Source: the human T2T-CHM13v2.0 reference genome, Homo sapiens. Taken from it: 64,000 nt of DNA. The position numbers and the translations under genes were made by a program. The DNA is taken from the NCBI RefSeq assembly GCF_009914755.1, contig NC_060929.1; one strand, 5' to 3'. The notes beneath the pieces were generated by a model. The model saw only the letters and a program-made list of their open reading frames with translations. It was not told the DNA's origin and made no database searches. Below are positions 28,620 to 46,900 of this stretch, piece after piece. Positions within the stretch are counted from its first letter, which is position 1, and every line of letters begins with the position of its first letter.

Positions 28620-29610
28620 ATCCATTTATTCATTATTTAACAGCACATATTTATTAAATGCATATACACACAGGATATCTACAGGTAATATGTATATAGG
28701 ATATATGTATTTATATATATATACTATATATATTATATATATAGTATATATATAGTGTATATATATATACTATATATATACACATACACACACACACACA
28801 CACACAGAATAGATATATATATATCTGTATGTTCTGCCAAGGGTGGTAAGATTTATTGAGTAAAGTAACATAGAGATAAATATTGGGAAAAGCATCACTA
28901 TATTTTTCTATATTAACCCTGTAAGGGTTACATTTGAGTAATCTAATCTGAAAAAAGATATCAGAAGATGCCATGAAATACCTGAGACTCAAGTTTTCAT
29001 GCACACAAAACAGTAAAGGCAAAGGACCTTAGGCTTAACAATGCCTGGAGCCTTTGCAGAATGCCAGAAGAATGGAACAGGAAAATAATCGACCAGAAAA
29101 GAGCATTAATTTGTTAAAAGAGTTAATGTCTTGCCAGATTGTGTCTTCTAGGGCCCTGAAGACTTTGAATTTTTGTTGGCTTTTATCATCATAACTATGA
29201 GAGTGTGATGGAAATTCGTTGGAAAAAATTAAACATAAGATGAGAGGATCTGACTTAAGAATTAAAGTGTTCACTCTGGCTGTAGTGTTGAGAATACTCT
29301 TTGGGACAAGATGATCGATTACATTTCTGTTTCAATAATCGAGGAGATCAAGGTGGCTTGGATTAGGGTTGCGTTGGTGTATGTAGTAAGATGTTGTCAG
29401 AATTTGGATATTTTTGAAAGTAAATTTGAGGTGAGACAGAAAAAGAGGAATCAGAAATAACTTCACAAGTTCATGACCTGAGCCACTGTAATAATCAAAT
29501 TACCATATACTGAGGATTAAAACGGAAATTTGAAGATTGAAGGAAAAATGTCAGAAGTTCAATCTGGCATGCTCTCAGTGATGTAGCTATTTATATTCAA
29601 ATAATAATTT
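28620..29610 (-). mobile_element. L2 fragment containing a (TA)n/(CA)n expansion at ~28688-28830
   Basis: 'catttattcattatttaacagcacatatttatt' 3' end; 'cactctggctgtagtgttgagaata', 'ggtggcttggattagggttgc'. Confidence 0.75.
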
Positions 29611-30203
29611 TTGAAACATATCATCAATCTTTTATTTAACTAAGCACTGCTCTTCATTTTGGAGGAAATAATAGAATTTAAAATCTGAATTTCCTACTCA
29701 AGAAGTAGTATAAAAACATGACATTGATTTAATATACAACCTTCAGCAAAAATAAAGTGAACACAATTCCTTGGGAAATAAAATGCATATAGAGTTTATC
29801 CTGTTAGTCAATGTGATTTTCCATAGTTTGCAAGTATTATAACCAAGAACAACAACAACAAAACAATGAAAAGTTGAGTAAACCAGCTCAGTTTATGGTT
29901 ACTGTGATGTTTTAAAAATCACAAATAAAATGTAACTTTTCATGCAAATCCATTTGATGACCATGAGCACACTAGATTGTATCCTCATTTATAAAAGAGA
30001 ATAGTTTGACAAGCACATAATATCAAGTCTCCAACATAGTGGATTCTATTTTGTTTAAAAAAAAAGAAAGAAAACAAGTACTCCTTAAATTTTCTTAGCT
30101 CTTTATAGCATATGTCACATGAAATTAAAGTTTGGCTTCCAAATACATTTTTCTATGTTGTCGTGGTATCATCTAGTATTGTTCATGGTCAACTAACAAT
30201 GTC

Positions 30204-30801
30204 TTTTTTATTTTTAATTATACTTTAAGTTATAGGGTACATGGGCACAACATGCAGGTTTGTTACATATGTATACATGGGCCATGTTGGTGTGCTGCAC
30301 CCATTAACTTGTCATTTAACATTAGGTGTATCTCCTAATGCTATCCCTTCCCCCTCCCCACACCCCACAACAGGCCCTGGTGTGTGATGTTCCCCTTCCT
30401 GTGTCCATGTGTTCTCATTGTTCAGTTCCCACCTATGAGTGAGAACATGCGGTGTTTGTTTTTTGTCCTTGCGATAGTTTGCTGAGAATGATGGTTTCCA
30501 GCTTCAACCATGTCCCTACAAAGGACATGAACTCAACACTTTTTATGGCTGCATAGTATTCCATGGTGTATATGTGCCACATTTTCTTCATCCAGTCTAT
30601 CATTGTTGGACATTTGGGTTGGTTCCAAGTCTTTGCTATTGTGAATAGTGCCGCAATAAACATACGTGTGCATGTGTCTTTATAGCAGCATGATTTGTAA
30701 TCCTTTGGGTATATACCCAGTAATGGGATGGCTGGGTCAAATGGTATTTCTAGTTCTAGATCCTTGAGGAATCGCCACACTGACTTCCACAATGGTTGAA
30801 C
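30204..30801 (-). mobile_element. L1PA (PA4/PA5-like) 5'-truncated 3' end, ~600 bp
   Basis: 'ttatactttaagtt..gggtacatg' 3' UTR and ORF2 C-terminus; TSD TAACAATGT at 30194-30202 and 30821-30829. Confidence 0.95.
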
Positions 30802-30844
30802 AGAACAGAACAGAACAAAATAACAATGTTTTAAAGAAAGTTGA

Positions 30845-31199
30845 GGTCTTAGTCTACTCAGGCTGCTATAACAGAATACCACAGAGTGGGTACTTATAAA
30901 CAACATAAATATATTGCTCACTCTTCTGGAGGCTGGGAAGTTCAAGATCAAGGCACCAACAGATTTGGTTCTGTAGAGGGCCTGCTCCCTCACAGATAGC
31001 CATTTTTTTCACTGTAACCTCACATGGATAAAAAGGTAAGGGATTTTTCTGTTGTCTCTTTTATAAGGGAACTATCCCATGCAGAAAGAACGCCTTCATG
31101 ACCTAATCACTTCCCAAAGGCCCCTTCTCCTAATACCATCACATGTTTTGGATTTCAGCATATGAATTTTAGGGGGACATAGGCATTCAGTCCATTGCA
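30845..31199 (-). mobile_element. MLT1A0-like solo LTR
   Basis: 'tcttagtctactcaggctgctataacagaataccacag...ggaagttcaagatcaagg...cattcagtccattgca'; TSD GTTGA / GTTGG. Confidence 0.85.
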
Positions 31200-31209
31200 G
31201 TTGGCTGTA

Positions 31210-34390
<3,181 letters not shown>

Positions 34391-34453
34391 TATGATGTTA
34401 GCTGGTGATTTTGCTGGTTAGTTGATGCAGTTTCTTCCTAGTCTCGATGGTCT

Positions 34454-34851
34454 TTACATTTTGGCATGATTTTGCAGTGGCTGGTACTGGTTGTGCCTTT
34501 CCATGTTTAGTGCTTCCTTCAGGAGCTCTTTTAGGGCAGGCCTGGTGGTGACAGAATCTCTCAGCATTTGCTTGTCTGTAAAGTATTTTATTTCTCCTTC
34601 ACTTATGAAGCTTAGTTTGGCTGGATATGAAATTCTGGGTTGAAAATTATTTTCTTTAAGAATGTTGAATATTGGCCCCCACTCTCTTCTGGCTTGTAGA
34701 GTTTCTGCTGAGAGATCCGCTGTTAGTCTGATGGGCTTCCCTTTGTGGGTAACCCGACCTTTCTCTCTGGCTCCCCTTAACATTTTTTCCTTCATTTCAA
34801 CTTTGGTGAATCTGACAATTATGTGTCTTGGAGTTGCTCTTCTCGAGGAGT
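34454..34851 (-). pseudogene. L1 ORF1 C-terminal part
   Basis: RRATPRHIIVRFTKVEMKEKML...ARREWGPIFNILKE...PLQNHAKM. Confidence 0.95.
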
Positions 34852-34853
34852 GC

Positions 34854-36467
<1,614 letters not shown>

Positions 36468-38521
36468 ACAGTGAGAATACATGGACACAGGAAGGGGAAC
36501 ATCACACTCTGGGGACTGTTGTGGGGTCGGGGGATGGGGGAAGGATAGCTTTAGGAGATATACCTAATGCTAAATAATGAGTTAATGGGTGCAGTACACC
36601 AGCATGGCACATGTATACATATGTAACAAACCTGCACGTTGTGCACGTGTACCCTAAAACTTAAAGTATAATAATAACAATAATAATAAAAGAAACTTTT
36701 AAACTCAGTTTTTTTCTCTAGAAAAAAATACAATATTGACTTGGGGAAAGGTACTTTTTAAGCACATAGAACTCATCTATACCTAACCTGCCAGAAGCTT
36801 TTCGCTGGCTCACTCATGCCTTGGATCTTTCATTGACTTCAAATATTTTTTCTTCTTACTACTCTCTAGCATGCTATCTTTCTTCGTGTTATATTCTGCA
36901 GTGATCTTCATTAACTGCCCAATATCAAACTATGATTTTTATAAGGATGGCCATACACTTAGATGTTTACATTACTACATAATATGAATGTGAGTTACAT
37001 ACTGACTTTTTCTACATGTCTGTTATACGTTAATATCTATAATTTAGTTTCTGCAATATATTCCCTATTTTTGAATAAGAATTGGGTTTCCTGTTGCTCT
37101 TCCAAAAACTAAATCAATATTATTTTATCCTAATAGATAGACTAATTATTACTACAAGAAAGATGCTGATAACGATGCCATGCTGTACCAGTGTAAGGTA
37201 AATTATAATATTACCATACAACCTGGGATATTTACTTAATAGATTTAACCATTCTAGATAATTCAATAAGAACGATCTTCCTCAGCAGAGTTTGCTTTAA
37301 ACATTACAAACTTTATCGGCCAGCCTTCTACACTTAACCACTTGCTGGACCAGTCGATGAGCCCCGTTGCCTCTGTAAATCAAACTGATTGATGCCTAGG
37401 GCATATCACTTGCCCATGGCAGGTCAGTTCCCTCCCTGGATGGCCATTAACTTCAGCTTCCACCACTTGAATTTTACTTAGAAAAACTGAGGTGTCTTTC
37501 TTTCAAAGCTTGTTATACCATATATGCTTACAATTACAGCAATGTCACTTAAATGTTATGAAAATAAATTGAGATACATTCAAAATAGAAGATATTCATT
37601 ATTTTACATTGTTTTGTAAGGCAATAAACATGATATATGGGATAATAATTGTGGACCAGATAACTATGAAAGATTGGGGATGTAAAAATATAAATGCTTC
37701 TCCACTGAGATTGCCACATAGTATTTTCATATCCTCTCTACAGAGTGAATGGATTAAACCCAAAAGCAATAAATGATGTATCATGAGTATGTCTTATGTA
37801 ATGATTATAATATCAATTGTCATTAGGCCAACCTGTCTGCAAAAATGTATTCTCTTCATAAAAATGTATGTATTATTGTATAATACATTATATCAACACC
37901 TATCTGTAGGTGTATGCATGTACCTATGTACAATCATAAACACACATATCCCATACATATATGTGCAATGCTGCATATGTTTACTATGCACTTTTGAACT
38001 CACTATTTCAAGGAACCAAAAAAACAAAAATAGGGGTTTATTCTAATTGATTCAAATATTTACTTCTAATTTACTTAGTCTTTGTAGACACATTAAAAAA
38101 AACACTCACCAATTACTTTTTTAGAATGGTAAATTTGAAGTTTTTAGACTGATGCCACAGTTTTACTGGTTGTTTTTAAAGACAGAGAGGTGAATTGGGT
38201 TATCTTGGTTTTGTATCTTTTATCACTAACATTATATTTAAAAATGAAGTTAAAATTGTAGCTTAGGAAACAATAGCTCCTAATGCTCTTAAGTCTATCA
38301 CATTAAATCTTGCACATTTTGAGGAAAATAGGATTTTTTTTTACTCTGCATAAGTGTTTTACCACAAAGAACATAGAAGCGTATATAAACAAGGTTAACT
38401 TTTTTTTTCTTGATAATCCAGGAAAGACTATGTTCTAGTATCAGCCAAGTTTTAACAAAACATTTTATCATTTTTCATAATATAGATGATCCCTTTGTAA
38501 TACAACTATCTACTTTGATGA

Positions 38522-39047
38522 TGTCAAAGAAAAAATTGCATCAATATTACATAGGCAAGGAACATTTTATTCAAGAGGACAGATAAGAACTCAATTTGAA
38601 CTCAACTACAATGGAATAAAAGGCTGGAGGATTTTAAAAGTTGGTCAAGGAGTTGGGGGAGTGGGGGAGATCATAAGCTATTTTTGCTAGTAGGTGTTCC
38701 CAAAGGAAAAATAAACTTTCCCATATCTTTATCACAGGAATGATATGCCCACTGAAGTTAGGCTCCTACACTCCTACAAAGACTGGGAGATAGGAGTGCT
38801 ATCATTCTTGATATTTACATTTCAAGAAGATGGTTCCCAGATCCTGGGGAAAGAAATTCCTGGGTTTAAATAGTAGCGAGAGGATTTTAAATAGATTTAC
38901 ATACATCTCAAAGGAACAGATAATGAGTTTATAATTACAAGTTTTCTAAAAAAATGTTCTAAGAAAAGGGAACTCAGAGATTAGAAATAGGAAAAAGCCT
39001 GTATAAAGTTTAGTCAAGCAGAGAGGAACATTAAGGCTGCCTTGATT
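38522..39047 (-). mobile_element. MER67-like ERV1 solo LTR
   Basis: 'gaagttaggctcctacactcctacaaagactgggagataggagtgctatc', 'taaagtttagtcaagc' shared with the MER31/MER67 group; the extra 'gagaggattttaaatagatttacat' block favours MER67. Confidence 0.7.
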
Positions 39048-39064
39048 AATAAAAATATTCTATT

Positions 39065-39232
39065 TCTTCAGTAGACAATGTAGTAGTGACTAACCACTTG
39101 TGGATTTTGAGGTCGTGAAATGTGGGTATTATGGCTGAAGTCATTGAATATTTCCTTGTATTTAAATGTAGTTGAGGTAAATTTAAATTAATTAGCAATA
39201 AGTAGCTAATGGCTACAGTATTGGGCAATACA
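39065..39232. mobile_element. MER3-like hAT-Charlie MITE
   Basis: Quasi-palindromic 'gtagtgactaaccacttgtgg...tgaaatgtgg...gtagctaatggctacagtattggg'. Confidence 0.65.
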
Positions 39233-40263
39233 TATACATGGATACATAATCAATAGTTATTATCTTGAACAAAAGTAAAATCTTTAGTTAAAAATGAAAC
39301 ATAATTGATATATAAAGCACCTGCCTTTACATTTAGGATAGCTTAGGTAGTAATTTGTGTTGCTACTCTTTATTAGTTATTTGTTTGTTGTCATGTGATT
39401 TCATTTATGATGAATAATCAAGAGTCACTAAACACACCCTGACTTATTAATTTGCAAATATTTGTTTTCAAATATTCATTTTCCACACACCCAAAGGGTA
39501 CCAGTGCATGAGGAAATTCCATGAGAGAGAAAAGTAAATAAACTTCCATATTTTGCATTTCTGCTTTGGTTACAACATCATTCCACATTCAGTGCTGGAG
39601 TTACACAGCACTATATTTCAAAACCAACTTTTCTATAAAAAAGGTGTCTATCTATTGTTTATCACACCTTTTTTTTCTGAATTAATGATATGGGTAAATG
39701 TCCAGGCCCACAATTATTCACCCATTGCTTAATCCAGTTTTGTTGCAGGAGATAGAAATTTCCAGAAGAAATTACTCTGCATCCTCATTCTTTCTTTTCT
39801 CTTCCTTTTGTTTAGGAGAGATATATACCCGAATCCCAAGGTCAACCTGTGTCCCACTGTTAGCATCTCCTTTCATAGCTGTGTTGCCAGGACCAGGATT
39901 TGCCATCAATTCCTCTCCAACCTGTAATGTCAACTGCTCTTTCCACTGACTCCTACTTCCAACCCAAGTCTAAAGTCAAACTGACGTTTTTCCCAGCCAG
40001 GAATGACAGAAACCAACAGTGGCAGCAATAACAACAACTAAAAAAACAACAGACACTCTCGTGGTTAAGGAAGTTGCTCCGATTTTCATGTGTTGAAATA
40101 CATATAAATGCATGTAAGAATTATAAATACATATAAGACTTAAGGACAGTCTACATTCCCAGAATCTTTTATCAAACATCTTCTAGAAAAAGCAAACAAG
40201 CAAAAAAAAAAATTAACCAAGTCTTACTTACAGATATAGAGGTAAAAATCCTAAGAAACACAA

Positions 40264-40352
40264 AAGAGAGAGAGAGAGGGGGGAGAGAGAGAGAGAAAAG
40301 AAAGAAGAAAGAAAAGAAAGAGAGAGGAGGAAGGAAGGGAGGGAAGGAGGGA
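40264..40352. repeat. GA-rich low-complexity tract
   Basis: (GA)n/(GAAA)n/(GGAA)n directly visible. Confidence 0.9.
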
Positions 40353-40499
40353 ACTATAATACCAAAAGCTTAATATAATATTCTCAACTAGAGTGTATAG
40401 CAAAAATGAAAGCATGCTTTATCATTTGTCAATGTAATTCATCATTTTATTAAGGAAGGAAAATATGTGAGAAGTTAGAACTTTATCCTAAAAGACAGT

Positions 40500-40760
40500 A
40501 CAACCTGGAGAAGAAAAGCTCAAAGTATAGAATCAGATAATAGAAGTTTAGAACTTGACTTTACCACATCCTTGCTGTGTCATCTAGTCCACATTTTCTA
40601 ACTTCTCTGTACCTATTTCCTCATCTGTGAAATTGGAATAGCAATATTGCCTCAGAGAGTTGTTTAGAGGACACAATATTCTTTAAAATTTAAAGCATTT
40701 TATTGAGTATCTGAGCGATGATAAATCCTCAATACACATTAAATAGTATTAATGTTATAT
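40500..40760 (+). mobile_element. MIR SINE
   Basis: Core 'ctaacttctctgtacctatttcctcatctgtgaaattggaatagcaata'. Confidence 0.75.
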
Positions 40761-40859
40761 TATTTAATGTGTGCATGTATGTATTTTCTTTCTACTTCAG
40801 TGTCAACCTTCTCTGGGGTCCTTCCTTACTCACTTCCCTACTACTATCGTTGACAACCT

Positions 40860-41870
40860 CATTCACTCCCAAAAGGTTGCTTTTCAGATTTGACTGTCAA
40901 ATCTTTGTTACAGCCCAGATCTCTATAAAGTTTCAGTCTCATCTGTGTTCCCAACTACTTATTAGCTATAACAACTAGGTTGTCTTTCCAAAGATCAATA
41001 TATCAAATCTAAGATAACTACCACTGTCTTCCCTTCCTTCATTTTAACATCATTTCAGCTTGTTACTTACGCATTCTCTACCTTGGTTAAAGCAATCATG
41101 GTCCTGTCTCTCAAATTAAAAATCTCAGAAATACTTTTTTTCTCCCTTACCAAAATAATACTGCTATTGTTCATTAAAACAGGCAAAAGGGATAAACAAT
41201 AACCCAGGACAGTCTTTGGCACTTTCCTGGGAACCAAGAGCAAGCATTGGTTCCTTATTAGTGACTGAAGGAGTATAACAAGAAGTCGCCAATGAAATGT
41301 GCATTTGTTCATCTGTCACCTTCTTTTCATTTCATTTTCCATCCTATTGTTTGAATCAGACTCTATAAACTGTTTCCCAGGGCACACAATTTGCCTCTGA
41401 TTTTCCAGCTTCCCAATTAATCTTTCATTGCTTAAAATATGCAATGGGATTTATTTAAAATAGTTTATGCTTTAAAACTTTTTAGTATGTTTCCAAGGCC
41501 TTCATAATCATCATCTACCATATTTTTCTCTCTTCTGTCTCTTGATTTTGATGCACTCATTTTATTTTCTGATTACTCCCAAACTTACACATTTTCCAAA
41601 CAACCCAGGACACTTCTCACACCCTTGGCTCTACATACACTGGTCTCCATTTCCTGAATAGCTTTCTCCCTTTTCCCATATGTATAAATACTGATTTTAC
41701 CTTCCTTGAGGCCCAGATAAAGCATTATCCCCTCTATAAAAATATCTCTTTCCTCCCCAAACTAAATATAGTTTTTGCACTAAAATTAATTTCTGCCTCT
41801 ATATTCAAAAAGCATGTCTTATTAAAATTATCAATGTTTTTATTATTTTATTTTTTCCTAGTAGATAGCG
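40860..41870 (+). mobile_element. L2 fragments
   Basis: 'tgactgtcaaatctttgttacagcccagatctct', 'tttccaaggccttcataatc', 'cttccttgaggcccagataaagcattatcccctctataaaa'. Confidence 0.6.
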
Positions 41871-42272
41871 CTTATCAATTGTGTATTATTTTAAAAAAAA
41901 TCTGTACATCGACATAATTAATATGACTTGCCTTCACTGATCCTTACGTACATAACTAATATTTTGAAATTTGTGCATCATTCAGGAAAACATACTGTTT
42001 AATGTTATTATTTACTTTTGAAAACAATATGCAGTCTCTAGTAAAAAATTTTATTTACTGTTTCTTAACTTTAATGTGAAATAAGATCAAGACTAAAAAA
42101 CAAAATATTAACATACCTATATACCTACCCATTTAATAACTTAAATATAATTCAATATATTATAACTAATTTTTAAGAGATTAAAAAACATTTTATTTTA
42201 TCAGACACTCAAGTATTAAATTTTCATATTCATTCTACTGTTTCTAGTAAGCTCTAGCATTTTAGGGGTTGG

Positions 42273-42287
42273 GCTGCCATCTGGTGG
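42273..42287 (-). promoter_or_regulatory. Candidate CTCF binding motif
   Basis: Reverse complement CCACCAGATGGCAGC matches the CTCF core CCASYAGRKGGCRS; lies in apparently unique AT-rich DNA. Confidence 0.6.
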
Positions 42288-42654
42288 AAATTTTAAGTCT
42301 TAACTAAAAAATCTATATTTTGGTGTGGCTTGCTCATTTATGTGTTATAAGCACGTTAATAAACATTCTAGTTGCACAGGAGAAAATGTACTAAATTAAA
42401 TTAATGAGCTGAAATGTAATAGAAAATAAAAGCAAATACATATTTAAATTAGACAAGTATGCGTTTCTGCTTGCCTTAACCATCCATTTGTACCACAATA
42501 AATTTAATACTGTGAATATAAAGAAGGCCATAAAAACTCAACAAATAGACAAACAGACAATTGGTTACTGTGTGAACACAATCAGGATTTTTTAACCCTA
42601 AGTTATAAACCAAGATTTGCTTTTACTGTCATACAATTACAAAACCTCTACATA

Positions 42655-42892
42655 AGCTTCAAAAGAAACCACAAGTAGTCATGAAAAAATACACTGGGAA
42701 GAAATTACATTCTATTTCTTTTCTGATTACCCAATTGCACATTCATTTCTCAGTTATTTCTTCTTGAAATACCTTGTTTGGTGCAGCAATACCTTGCTGT
42801 TTACCATACTTAATGAAATACAAACTAGAGTAGATAAACTCAGAAACAAATGTAAAATAGAGTACTCAGATATGAAATAGAATATTGTCAAA
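42655..42892 (+). repeat. Local direct duplication, copy 1
   Basis: Aligns nearly without gaps to 45214-45450; about 84% identity over the ~200-bp core by manual count. Confidence 0.9.
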
Positions 42893-43339
42893 TATTGTTT
42901 TAGAAAGACTCACATACAAACATTTCAAAACTGATTATACCGAAAATTTTTAAATGAAATTATTGAAGATAACTGTTGGTTGGTAGAGTTGATATGTTAA
43001 TATTCTAGAGTGCAGATCACATCCTTAGTCTTATTATTGACACAAACTCACAGGAGGTGCATTTTTATCTAATGAGGTTGTTATTCTTGTTGGATATTTT
43101 TTATTTCCAAAAAATTAAAATTTAATCTCACCATAATGGGATGTTTGCCTAGACATGCTAGGCTTGACAGAGATGATTTATGATTCTGAAAATAAAACTA
43201 AATTGCACAGAGCCCTTGAGGAACCTAAAAGCAGAATGTGTTAGAGAAGTGAGGGATACATTGTGAAGCAGGAAGGCTCAAGAGCAGTTCCAGTTCCATT
43301 CTTAATTAACAGTATGGTTTAAATAAAAATAATAATCAT

Positions 43340-43545
43340 AATCATAAGCCACATTGTAAAGCAGTTTTCATATCACATATTATTGAATCCTCACAACAAT
43401 GAGATGATAAGCATTCCTTTACTATTAGTTTTGTAGAAATCACAAAACAGGCTCAGAGATACAAAATAACTTTGCCAAGTGCAAACAACTAGTATATGCC
43501 ACAGATGGAACATTCAGGCAGACTACTGGGATTCGGCTTGCTCAT
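43340..43545 (-). mobile_element. MIR SINE
   Basis: 'aatcctcacaacaat...aaaacaggctcagagatacaaaataactttgccaag'. Confidence 0.7.
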
Positions 43546-43649
43546 TGAAAAATAATATTCTGTGAATCCTATTTAGGATTTTAGTTTTCTATGCAGGTGA
43601 ATCATAATAGGTTTACTTTATTACAGAACCAATTAGTATTTTAAAATTA

Positions 43650-45112
<1,463 letters not shown>

Positions 45113-45213
45113 TCACTGTAAGATGATTACTATGGCAATAACAAAATATTTAGTAAAACCCTCACCATAAAATATACATGTGTGTATGTGTGTGTGCATG
45201 CAAGTATAATGCC

Positions 45214-45450
45214 AGGTTCATAAGGAACAACAGGTAGCAATGTAGGAAGAGTCTGGGAACAGATTACGTTCTATTTCATTTCTGATTGCCCAATTCCATA
45301 TTCATATCTGAGTTATATCTTCTTGAAATATCTTGTTTGATATAGTAATACCTTGATGTTTACTGTACTTAACGAAATATCACTACAGTAGACGAACTCA
45401 GAGACAAATGTACAAATGAATAATCAGAAATGAAATAGAATATTGTCAAA
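45214..45450 (+). repeat. Local direct duplication, copy 2
   Basis: Paralog of 42655-42892, offset ~2558 bp. Confidence 0.9.
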
Positions 45451-46035
45451 AAGCTCAGAGACCTAAAAAATTTTCGACCACAATATAATATGAAATATTA
45501 TTAAGATGTACTTTGATAACAAGGGAGGATCAGAGTCAACTTTTCTATAAGGATCAAATCAAGGGTATTACCCATCTTTCTATTGTTAATACTTTTGAAT
45601 GGCTTATGGGAGAGCTCAATAGATTCTTTCAATTGGAATAAAAATGATTCAGGAAATGATACTAAAGGTGCACCTTGACCTCGAAGTCTGATAGTCTCAT
45701 GGTTTCTGCAACTTAATTTGAGAAAGAAAAAGAAGTTTTGGAGCACAAAATAGCAGAGGAATATTGCAAGACATTTGTTTTTTAAAAAGCTGAAATGAAT
45801 TTTTATTGGCACATAAACCTAAGTAGAATGGAATAAAAAGCCTACCATGTATATAGAGAGGGAAGCTACCATTATAACCAGAACTCTGGATATAAAATAT
45901 CTCTTTATCTCGATATCTATAACATTGTTTGAGTTAATGGTCTACAAATAGGAAGTAAACGACAAACATCTCAGCTCTTAAGGAGGGCACATTGTTCACT
46001 TCAGATATGACAAAGAAAGTAGTGGAAAAAGAAGA

Positions 46036-46122
46036 CCCTTCCCTTCCTTCCTCTCCTCTTCTCCCCTCTAGTCCCTTCCCCTCCCCTCCCCTCCCCTCCC
46101 CTCCTCTCCCCTCCTCTTCTCT
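46036..46122. repeat. (CCCCT)n / CT-rich tract
   Basis: Directly visible. Confidence 0.9.
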
Positions 46123-46589
46123 TATATAGAAATAAGGACTGTAGGGAACAGTAGATTTAGGAATTTCTCCCAGAGAGAAGATCTGGACCTCTAACAAAGA
46201 ATATGTCCGAAACACCGCCATAAAATAGGTCACCTTTAATTCCGACCAGAATTACAGAATTGCTATTAACCATAAAATCTTTTGTTCTCTCATTATTCCT
46301 CTTTTTGAAAGACAGTATTTCAGTTTCATTGTCCTGATTCCTCCAATTCCATTTGGTATATGTGGGGACAATTTCTTTCCCCATTCACTTCCAGGTCTTT
46401 GGATCTAGGGCTGGATAAAACATTTAGAGTATATTTTGCCTGGATGAGGAATCCTAACCAGAATATCTAGTGAACAGACAGACCAACTGTGATAAGGATC
46501 CAAGTTGTTCAAACAATTTTTCCAGCTTTATTCTTTGCAGAAAGAAACATGGTAGACATTTTCGAAGTTTTCTTTATTAAAAAAGTTTT

Positions 46590-46900
46590 TTGACGTTTTC
46601 TGTGGCCATATGACTTGCTTTGGCCATTGTGGTATAATCATTGTGGTATAATCAGGAGTGATATGGCTCACTTTGGAACCGAATCTTTAAAAGCCAATTA
46701 ATAATTTACTGCTTGCACTTCCCACAGCTCTGGTGATCACAGATGCTCATGTCAACAAGCCTCCATTATCTCACATCCCTGAGTCACTCCAAGGGCAGAT
46801 TGATCTAATGATCTACGTAGGACATGTACACGAAATGCAAACTTTCCATTTGTCAAGCAAGCAAAATTTTGAAGTTACTTTATACTGCGGAATTACTGAC
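46590..46900 (+). mobile_element. Old MLT1 (I/J-like) LTR fragment
   Basis: 'tgtggccatatgacttgctttggcca', 'atccctgagtcact'; contains a 14-bp tandem duplication of TTGTGGTATAATCA. Confidence 0.55.

Noticed and set aside
30433-30993. 186-aa ORF
   Set aside because: Chance read-through from MLT1A0 sequence into the L1 ORF2 C-terminus.
36510-36545. G-quadruplex-forming G runs
   Set aside because: Standard feature of the L1PA 3' UTR, not specific to this locus.
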